Source: Bacteroidales bacterium | Lineage (GTDB): Bacteria; Bacteroidota; Bacteroidia; Bacteroidales; JAIPAP01 | Assembly: GCA_021740045.1 (NCBI GenBank) | Contig: JAIPAP010000004.1 | Span: 251-64,250, forward strand | Length of the DNA stretch: 64,000 nucleotides | Direction of reading: 5' to 3' | Shown: piece after piece, positions 57,010 to 64,000 of the stretch | Layout: each line of letters starts with the position of its first letter | Position numbering within the stretch: the first letter of the stretch is position 1 | Program-made: the position numbers and the translations under genes | Notes under the pieces: model-generated | Database searches by the model: none | The model's input: only the letters and a program-made list of their open reading frames with translations | Told to the model about the DNA's origin: nothing

Positions 57010-57654
57010 ATGAGTTTCGATTTAGGTAAAATTTCAGAAACCCTTGTAACAGGAAAAGTAGATGATTTGAAAACATTAACCGGGCAAGCGCTTGAAACTG
57101 ATATTAAACCCGGCGATATTCTCAACCAGGGCCTTTTGCCGGGTATGGATACGGTAAGCCAACGATGGAAAGCCGGCGACATGTTTATGCCCGAGGTATT
57201 ACGTTGCGCCAAAGCTATGGGCGGTGCAATGGAAGTATTACGCCCTCATCTTTCGGAAAGTGAGTTGGGTAATGCCGGAACTATAGTTATTGGTACGGTA
57301 GCCGGCGATTTGCACGATATCGGAAAAGACCTGGCTGCTATGATGTTCGAAGGTGCAGGCTATAATGTTATAAATATAGGCATCGATCAGCCAAATGAAG
57401 CTTTTGTAAAGGCTGTTAAAGAACACAAGCCCAACGTACTGGGAATGTCGGCCCTGCTTACCACCACCATGCCCCGCATGGGAGAAGTGATCAACAGTTT
57501 GAAAGAAGCCGGTATTCGCGATCAGGTAGCCGTAATATTGGGCGGTGCGCCGGTGACAGAGGAATTTGCCAAAGAAATAGGGGCCGACCTTTACGCACCC
57601 AATGCCGGCTCGGCAGTGGAGATTACTAAGGAATATCTTGAGAGTAAAGTATAA
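57010..57654 (+). CDS. Corrinoid (B12-binding) protein of methyltransferase systems (MtgC/MttC-like)
   Basis: 214 aa with an N-terminal helical cap domain and a Rossmann B12 domain carrying GDLHDIGK (DxHxxG), MSALLTTT (SxL) and ILGGAPV (GG). A GAAGGAG sequence lies 8 nt upstream of the ATG. Confidence 0.9.
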   Translation: MSFDLGKISETLVTGKVDDLKTLTGQALETDIKPGDILNQGLLPGMDTVSQRWKAGDMFMPEVLRCAKAMGGAMEVLRPHLSESELGNAGTIVIGTVAGDLHDIGKDLAAMMFEGAGYNVINIGIDQPNEAFVKAVKEHKPNVLGMSALLTTTMPRMGEVINSLKEAGIRDQVAVILGGAPVTEEFAKEIGADLYAPNAGSAVEITKEYLESKV

Positions 57655-57799
57655 AAAGGCTATGGTTGGCGCCCTATGCAACATTTGGACTGATTATAAG
57701 CATTCTGGCAAATTCGATAATAATTGCCAACTGCCAATCAGGTTAAGGAAATCAATTCAGTAAGTTCGATATTAGAGAAACTTAAACAAGCAAGAATAC

Positions 57800-59248
57800 A
57801 TGAAAATCAATCAATCTATAAATATGTCCACCCGTTTCAGGGTGCTTTCCGAGGACCAGATCGAAGAGATCTTCTTTGCTGCCCTGGAAGTGCTTGAACG
57901 CACCGGTGGAGTCATTTATCACGAAGAGGCGCTGGAGCTCTTTAAAAACAGCAATGCTGTGGTGCGTGATAAAAAAGTGCGCATTCCGGCATCGATGGTG
58001 GAGGAGGCACTTAATTTCTATCCCCGCAAGATCACCCTGAAAGGAAGGAATGGCAAACGTTCCCTGCAATTACAAAAAGATACGGTTGGTTTCGGTACCG
58101 GCTCCGATCTTCCATTTACCTATGACCGTAAAACCGGTGAAAGGAGAAGAACCCTGTATAATGATGTACGCAATGCCGGTAAACTGGTAGACGCCCTGCC
58201 AAACTATGACTTTTTTATGTCGCATGGCATTGTAGGCGATGCACCCAATACACAGACCTATGACCGGCACCAGTTTTTAGCCATGCTTGAGCAATGCACC
58301 AAGCCTATGGTGGTAACCAGCGTTGATGGAGAAGGGTTGGAAGATCTTTGGCGTATGGGGTGCGTTCTACAGGGCGGCGAAGAGGAATTCAGGCTGAATC
58401 CTTTGTTTGTGGCTTACATTGAACCTATCTCACCCTTGAAGAATGACCGTACTGCAGTGGAAAAACTGCTTTTTGCCGCCGAAAAGAAAATTCCGGCCAT
58501 GTATACACCATGCCCAAGTTCCGGGGCCACAGCTCCGGCAACCATGGCGGGTATGCTGGTACAGTCATTAGCTGAAACGTTACTGGCAGTGGTTTTATGT
58601 CACTTGAAAAATCCTGGGATGCCGCTTATCATGGGTGGTGTGACCACTGTGCTGGATATGAAAAAATCAACCTATTCATACGGCGCCCCGGAGCTCTCAC
58701 TGGCCTCGGCAGCTAATACCGATATTTCAAAATGGCTTAACCTGATCATGTTCTCAACAGGTGGCTGTACCGACTCCAAAGTGCTGGACGAACAGGCTGC
58801 CGCCGAGCAAATGATGAATCTTTTCTATGCTTATTTGTCAGGCGCCAACCTTATCCATGATGTTGGCTATATAGATCATGGTACCAATGCCTCACTGGAA
58901 AGCTTAGTGATGAACGAGGAAATGATGGGCATGGTGCGAGCCTTTGGAAAAGGAATCAATACCGATGACGAGCATATGGCACTTGATCTCATCGAAAAGC
59001 AAGGCCCCGGTGGGGAATATGTAACCACCGATCACACATTCGAGCATTGGCAGGAATGGTATAGACCTACCCTGCAGGATCGCAGCGACTACGAAACCTG
59101 GAAGAACAACGGTTCAAAGACCATGATCGACAGGGTGAATGAACGCACCCAGCACCTGCTCGACACCTATGAAGCAGACCCCATAAAGGATGATCAGTGG
59201 AAGGAATTAAAGAAAATTGTAGACGATGCCGATAAACGGCACGCCTAA
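57800..59248 (+). CDS. MttB-superfamily methyltransferase, non-pyrrolysine type (paralog 1)
   Basis: 482-aa uninterrupted ORF. Typical family blocks are LSEDQIEEI...LEVLERTG, GGEEEFR, YIEPISPL and YSYGAPELSL. It lies next to a corrinoid protein. Confidence 0.85.
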   Translation: MKINQSINMSTRFRVLSEDQIEEIFFAALEVLERTGGVIYHEEALELFKNSNAVVRDKKVRIPASMVEEALNFYPRKITLKGRNGKRSLQLQKDTVGFGTGSDLPFTYDRKTGERRRTLYNDVRNAGKLVDALPNYDFFMSHGIVGDAPNTQTYDRHQFLAMLEQCTKPMVVTSVDGEGLEDLWRMGCVLQGGEEEFRLNPLFVAYIEPISPLKNDRTAVEKLLFAAEKKIPAMYTPCPSSGATAPATMAGMLVQSLAETLLAVVLCHLKNPGMPLIMGGVTTVLDMKKSTYSYGAPELSLASAANTDISKWLNLIMFSTGGCTDSKVLDEQAAAEQMMNLFYAYLSGANLIHDVGYIDHGTNASLESLVMNEEMMGMVRAFGKGINTDDEHMALDLIEKQGPGGEYVTTDHTFEHWQEWYRPTLQDRSDYETWKNNGSKTMIDRVNERTQHLLDTYEADPIKDDQWKELKKIVDDADKRHA

Positions 59249-59268
59249 TTTGTATTCAACAAATTATA

Positions 59269-60759
59269 TTGAACATGACGAACAGAACAAACTATACAAT
59301 AAATGAAAGCCCACATTTTGAGATCTTGTCCGAAGACCAAAAGGAAAAGATCTTTAACGGGATGATGCGCACCCTTCAATATACCGGGGCAAATGTGCAC
59401 CATGAAAAGGCCCGGGAGCTATTTAAAAAGCACGGCTGTAAAGTCGACGGCGTTCGCGTGTATTTTCCGCCGGAATTAATTCTCAAAGCCTTGTCGACTG
59501 TGCCCCCGGTTACGGAAATATTTCCCTGGGACGGTGATGAGAGCAAAAAGATCGTGGTGGAAAAAAACCGGAGTTATTTTGGCCCCGGCCCTACCCCACC
59601 CAATTTTATCGATACCGATACCCTGGAGCGCCGGCCATATTTACGAAAAGACGCATCGCTGGTAGCACGTGTATGTGATGCTTTGCCCAACATGGGCTAT
59701 GTGCAATCACTCGGTTCCATAAATGATGTAACCAACGGCCTGGCCGATGTTTATGAATTTGCCGACATGGTTAGGAATACCACCACACCCATTATGAGTT
59801 GGTCGTTTACCAAAGACGGTTGCCGCGACATTCACCGTATGGGTATTGCTATGGCCGGCGGTGAGGAAGAATTTCGCCAGCGTCCGAATTACATCTTCTA
59901 CGGTGAACCTATTTCACCGCTGGTGAGTGACTATCATGCCATCGACAAATGCATGTACTGTGCCGAGCATCGCATTCCACAGGTATACAGCCCTTGCGCT
60001 ATTGGCGGAGGGACCGTTCCGGCAACCCATGCAGGACAGCTTGTTGTTGCCCTTTCCGAATCAATGGTGGGAGTTATTGCCACCCAACTGATCAACCCCG
60101 GAACCTGCGTGATTATTGGCGGTGTCCAATCCATTCTCGACATGCGTTTTTCCATTTATTCATACGGAGCGCCCGAACTTTCACTGTTAAGTGCCGCACA
60201 CACTGAGGTGGTTCATTACTGTGGACTTCCCATGTACTCCACGTCAGGGTGTACCGACACCAAGAAGATGGATGCCCAGTCGGCTATGGAAGCCAGCCTC
60301 TCCATTAATGCCGCCATGATGAGCGGCGCCAACTTCGTTCATGATAACGGATACACCGAATCGGGCATTACAGGTGATATTTTCCAAACCGTGATGGACG
60401 ATGAGCTTATCAGCATGGCCCGGGTTATTGAAAAAGGTATTAAGATCGATCCTGAAACCCTGGCTGTTGATGTTATTGATAACGTAGGATCGGGTGGTCA
60501 TTACCTGTATGAAGACCACACCATGAACTGGTTTATGGAACATTGGCGCCCAACCCTTATGGACCGCAACAGCTACGAGAACTGGGTTGAACAGGGCAGC
60601 AAAACCATGAAGGACCGCATTATTGAAAAAACACGCGATTTGATCCAAAACTACGAAGGTCCGCAGAATAAAGTTCCGGCAAAAGCCAGCGAGGAGATTG
60701 AAAAGATCCTTCAGGAAGCCGAAGAGCGTATTAAAAAAGAAGGCGTAGCTCATGAATAA
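59269..60759 (+). CDS. MttB-superfamily methyltransferase, non-pyrrolysine type (paralog 2)
   Basis: 496-aa uninterrupted ORF with the same conserved blocks (LSEDQKEKI, GGEEEFR, YGEPISPL, YSYGAPELSL). It is strongly diverged from paralog 1 elsewhere. Confidence 0.85.
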   Translation: MNMTNRTNYTINESPHFEILSEDQKEKIFNGMMRTLQYTGANVHHEKARELFKKHGCKVDGVRVYFPPELILKALSTVPPVTEIFPWDGDESKKIVVEKNRSYFGPGPTPPNFIDTDTLERRPYLRKDASLVARVCDALPNMGYVQSLGSINDVTNGLADVYEFADMVRNTTTPIMSWSFTKDGCRDIHRMGIAMAGGEEEFRQRPNYIFYGEPISPLVSDYHAIDKCMYCAEHRIPQVYSPCAIGGGTVPATHAGQLVVALSESMVGVIATQLINPGTCVIIGGVQSILDMRFSIYSYGAPELSLLSAAHTEVVHYCGLPMYSTSGCTDTKKMDAQSAMEASLSINAAMMSGANFVHDNGYTESGITGDIFQTVMDDELISMARVIEKGIKIDPETLAVDVIDNVGSGGHYLYEDHTMNWFMEHWRPTLMDRNSYENWVEQGSKTMKDRIIEKTRDLIQNYEGPQNKVPAKASEEIEKILQEAEERIKKEGVAHE

Positions 60760-62746
60760 ATATCTGATCGGCATCGATACAGGAGGAACCTTTACCGACG
60801 GTGTGCTGATGCAATACAGGACCCGCAAGGTGATTCGGTCGGCCAAAACATTAACCACCAAGGATGATTTGAAAAAAGGTGTGTTAAATGTACTGGACGA
60901 CCTTCACCTTGAGGAAGATCTTGATATCAGACTGGTTGGTATTTCCAGTACCCTTGCCACCAATTCCATTGCTGAAGGAAAAGCCAGCCGGGTAGGGCTC
61001 ATCTTGCTGGGTTACGACAAGGAATTGGTGGAGGATTATGGGTTGGATAAAAATCTCGCTGCCGGGAAGATCGCCTATTTTTCAGGAGGACATAATGCCC
61101 AAGGCGCCGAATTGGAAAAACCCGATATTGAAGGTATCAAAAAATGGGTGAAGGCTAATGAGCATCATTTTGATGCTCTGGCCATCTCCTCTTACTTCAG
61201 CCCGTTGAATCCGCAGCATGAGGTCAAAGCTTTTAAAGCACTACAAGACATTTCCGATTTGCCGGTGGTTATGGGGCATCAGCTTTCGTCCAGGATCGAT
61301 TCGGTGAAACGGGCGGCTACAGCTGCTATCAATGCATCATTAGTAGCCGTAATGCAAAATTTTATTAGCGCCGTGCGTAACTCACTTCATGCCAAGGGCA
61401 TCAAAGCTCCACTCATGATCGTAAGAGGCGACGGCACCATGATGCCGTTTTCAGAAGCGATCAGAAAGCCGGTGGAGACGGTTTTATCGGGTCCTGCTGC
61501 CAGCGCCATAGGAGGCCGGTTCTTGTCGGGTAAAGAACGATCCCTGGTGATTGACGTGGGAAGTACCACCACCGACATGGCCCTGGTGGCCAATTCACGG
61601 GTAGTGGTTTCCGAAAAAGGAGCCCGCGTTGGTAAAACACAAACTGCCGTAAATGCAGCCAACGTAAGAACCATTTCAATGGGTTGCGACAGCCGGATCG
61701 GATTTGATAAATACAACCATATTACGCTCGGCCCCGACAGGGTAACGCCCCTATCGCAGATGGCCTCTCGGTTTAAAAAAGTGAAAGCCGAACTCAAAAA
61801 CCTTAAGAATATTCAGCGGGCAGCCAACATTTCGGATGTCACCTACTGGTATTTGTACCGGCCACTCGATGATCATGTTGCTTCATCATTGAATGAAAAA
61901 CAACATAAGGTGCTGGAATTGATTGATGAAAAGCCCATGAGCGTGGCCCAAATTGTCGCCGAAATGGGTGTTTATCATCCGGCCCAGCTTAATATGGATG
62001 AGCTCATCAAGCAGGAGTACATCGAATGCTCAGCACTAACACCATCCGATTTGCTGCATGTGGAAAACGAGATTGAACTATGGGATCAGAAAGCCGCCAT
62101 CAATGCCCTGAAGCATCAATGTAAAATCGGGGGTTTCAGCATCAGAAAATTTATCGATACGGTTATTGACAAGATCTTGAATACCATGGTGGAGGAAATT
62201 ATCATCTACCTGGCATGCCAGGACGGAACCACAGAGCAAATGCCCGAAAAGATCGACGGGGAATGGGGTAAATGGATGTTGCGACAAACCCTGAAACAAA
62301 GCAACGAATTTATTTCCATCAACCTTAATAGCATGGCCCCAATTATTGGAACGGGTGCGCCCGCCGAATTTTTCCTGAAAAGGGCTGTAAAGATCCTCGA
62401 CGCTCAGTTCATTTTACCTGAACACCACGAAGTGGCCAATGCTGTGGGAGCGGTTTCCGGATCAGTGATGGAAATAATGGAATCCATTGTATTCGAGCAG
62501 GAAAGCGAAGAAAAGCACTGCTTTGTGGTAAAGTTGAATGGTCATTCGAAGAATTTTGAGGAGTTCGAAAGTGCTTGTGACTATGCCTCCAGTGAGGTTG
62601 GTAAGTTGGCCCGGCAAGCGGTTTCGGAGGCAGGAGCCGTCGATCCCTTTGTGGAACTTACCGATAAAAGGGAAGGCTCCATTCACCGGTTTATTGCCCG
62701 GGCGGTCGGCAATCCCAGTTTATCGGAAAAACTGAAGCAGGAATAG
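60752..62746 (+). CDS. Hydantoinase/oxoprolinase-family (ASKHA-fold) protein with a unique C-terminal half
   Basis: 664 aa with the N-terminal IGIDTGGTFTDGVL, STLATNSIAEGK, VLSGPAASAIGG and VIDVGSTTTDMALV blocks of the HyuA-like family. An 8-nt overlap links it to the preceding mttB paralog. Confidence 0.75.
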   Translation: MNKYLIGIDTGGTFTDGVLMQYRTRKVIRSAKTLTTKDDLKKGVLNVLDDLHLEEDLDIRLVGISSTLATNSIAEGKASRVGLILLGYDKELVEDYGLDKNLAAGKIAYFSGGHNAQGAELEKPDIEGIKKWVKANEHHFDALAISSYFSPLNPQHEVKAFKALQDISDLPVVMGHQLSSRIDSVKRAATAAINASLVAVMQNFISAVRNSLHAKGIKAPLMIVRGDGTMMPFSEAIRKPVETVLSGPAASAIGGRFLSGKERSLVIDVGSTTTDMALVANSRVVVSEKGARVGKTQTAVNAANVRTISMGCDSRIGFDKYNHITLGPDRVTPLSQMASRFKKVKAELKNLKNIQRAANISDVTYWYLYRPLDDHVASSLNEKQHKVLELIDEKPMSVAQIVAEMGVYHPAQLNMDELIKQEYIECSALTPSDLLHVENEIELWDQKAAINALKHQCKIGGFSIRKFIDTVIDKILNTMVEEIIIYLACQDGTTEQMPEKIDGEWGKWMLRQTLKQSNEFISINLNSMAPIIGTGAPAEFFLKRAVKILDAQFILPEHHEVANAVGAVSGSVMEIMESIVFEQESEEKHCFVVKLNGHSKNFEEFESACDYASSEVGKLARQAVSEAGAVDPFVELTDKREGSIHRFIARAVGNPSLSEKLKQE

Positions 62747-62749
62747 CGG

Positions 62750-63427
62750 ATGAAAAAGGAAACAGCACATAAAAAACTCGTTATTGCTTGCGGAAGCATA
62801 GGGCCTGAACTGGAATCTCTGCCAAAACCACCAGGTACTGATCTCTATTTTATGGATCAAAACCTTCATCGTATTCCGGAAAGGTTAAAAGAGGAAGTGC
62901 AAAAAAGCCTGGACCGGTTCGACCAATATGACCAAGTGGTATTGGGCTATGGGCTATGTTCCAACGGAGTTGCCGGGGTAATTCCGCCAACCCAGCAACT
63001 GTTTATACCACGCGTGCACGATTGCATTTCGCTATTCCTTGGCAGCCGGAATAAATACAAGGATGTGTTTTATAACTACCCGGGAAGCTATTTTTTGACC
63101 AAGAGCTGGATTGAAGAGCTAAAAGATCCACTGGGACTCATGGAAAATGAATATACCCAACGGGTAGGAAGAGAAACTGCCGAATGGGCCATCAACGAAG
63201 AAATTAAAAATTACAAATACATCATATTTGTTAATAACGGCGTGGGCGACACGGACAAATGCAGAAACAGGGCGATTGAAAACGCAACTTATTTCGATAA
63301 AGAGTTTGTGGAAATGGAAGGACAGCTGGCCTATTTCCACCGTATACTAAACGGCCCTTATGACAAAACCGATTTTGTCACCATTATGCCGGGAGAAGAA
63401 GTAAAACAAAAGGACTTTTTAAAATAG
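62750..63427 (+). CDS. DUF1638 domain protein
   Basis: 225 aa. The LVIACGSIGPELESL start and overall layout match my memory of DUF1638. It starts 3 nt after the upstream stop. Confidence 0.65.
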   Translation: MKKETAHKKLVIACGSIGPELESLPKPPGTDLYFMDQNLHRIPERLKEEVQKSLDRFDQYDQVVLGYGLCSNGVAGVIPPTQQLFIPRVHDCISLFLGSRNKYKDVFYNYPGSYFLTKSWIEELKDPLGLMENEYTQRVGRETAEWAINEEIKNYKYIIFVNNGVGDTDKCRNRAIENATYFDKEFVEMEGQLAYFHRILNGPYDKTDFVTIMPGEEVKQKDFLK

Positions 63428-63438
63428 GAGACCATTGT

Positions 63439-64000
63439 ATGATTATAGTAGGTGAACTGATCAATGCAAGCCGGAAAAAGATCAGAAACGAAATCAAGGA
63501 AAAAAATTACGATGAAATAGCCCGGGTGGCTAAGGAACAGCTAGCCAACGGAGCTGACTTCATCGATGTTAATGCCGGTATCTTTGTCGGGCAGGAAGAA
63601 GATTACCTGAAATGGCTGGTAAAAACGGTTCAGGAAAATACCGATGCACCTTGTTGCATCGACACCCCTGACCCAACCGCTCTGGAAGCCGCCATTAAGG
63701 TGCATAAAGGCTCCCCCATGTTGAACTCCATTTCGCTCGAAAGCGAGCGCTATGAAAAGATGATTCCCGTATTACGGGGCACCGATATGAAAGTGATTGC
63801 CTTGTGCATGAGCGACGAGGGTATGCCTTACACTACCAGCGACCGCATGAAAATAGCTGATAAGCTGGTTAACAACCTGGTTCAGAATAATGTAAAGATC
63901 GAGAACATTTTTGTCGATCCGCTGGTGCAGCCTATCGGTTCAGGCGATAACCTGGGCGTGGAATTCCTGAATGCCGTGGAACAAATCCATAAGGAATTCG
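63439..64000 (+). CDS. Pterin-binding methyltransferase (methyl-corrinoid:tetrahydrofolate methyltransferase, MtgA/AcsE/MtrH-like); 3' end off the window
   Basis: Absent from the ORF track because there is no stop. Hand translation gives MIIVGELINASRKKIRNEIKEKNYDEIARVAKEQLANGADFIDVNAG...APCCIDTPDP...MLNSISLE...IFVDPLVQPIG, a DHPS-like pterin-binding barrel pattern. Confidence 0.8.
   Translation, partial: MIIVGELINASRKKIRNEIKEKNYDEIARVAKEQLANGADFIDVNAGIFVGQEEDYLKWLVKTVQENTDAPCCIDTPDPTALEAAIKVHKGSPMLNSISLESERYEKMIPVLRGTDMKVIALCMSDEGMPYTTSDRMKIADKLVNNLVQNNVKIENIFVDPLVQPIGSGDNLGVEFLNAVEQIHKEF

Noticed and set aside
57800-60759. Pyrrolysine-encoding MttB (in-frame TAG)
   Set aside because: Both mttB-like ORFs are continuous at full family length (482 and 496 aa) with no internal amber codon, and no pyl genes are in the window.

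Overview
The window reads as a chromosomal segment from a Bacteroidota/FCB-type bacterium. Supporting signs are six secreted proteins, five of them with T9SS C-terminal sorting domains, Bacteroidota-typical DUF families, a TTTG/TAnnTTTG-type promoter, and few Shine-Dalgarno sites. No rRNA, tRNA, CRISPR array, transposase or integrase was seen. Content falls into four blocks. (1) 1-14.3 kb holds housekeeping and envelope genes: AGE-family epimerase, def, a MutS-related ATPase, a Ca/Na antiporter, MscS channels, alr and a lactonase. (2) 14.5-31.8 kb is an accessory same-strand array of six large secreted proteins. It comprises three BNR/Asp-box propeller paralogs, a 1609-aa giant, and a tail-fibre-like protein with a peptidase-S74 chaperone domain. 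The proteins share shuffled modules I cannot assign to a known family, and the array contains an internal tandem duplication and a 168-nt near-identical tract between two paralogs. (3) 32-51 kb holds mixed envelope, redox and sugar genes: OM beta-barrels, a TAT-signal DUF362 protein, a hybrid histidine kinase, an exported MsrB, a split transketolase, TlpA-like thioredoxins, a J-domain plus PQQ-propeller pair and an amidohydrolase. (4) 52.3-64 kb holds metH and metF, followed directly by a tightly packed corrinoid methyltransferase operon. That operon encodes a B12-binding protein, two divergent non-pyrrolysine MttB paralogs, a hydantoinase/oxoprolinase-family protein, a DUF1638 protein and a pterin-binding methyltransferase. 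I rate this operon the most interesting candidate system, especially the hydantoinase-like/DUF1638 pair and the absence of a recognisable RamA-type activase in the window. Several 3' intergenic regions carry an unexplained repeat family: 7-nt-periodic arrays plus a roughly 30-nt hairpin unit, TTTTGCTTGAGCGGATTTGTAATCCGCTC. All family calls come from motif recognition by eye; no database search was run.
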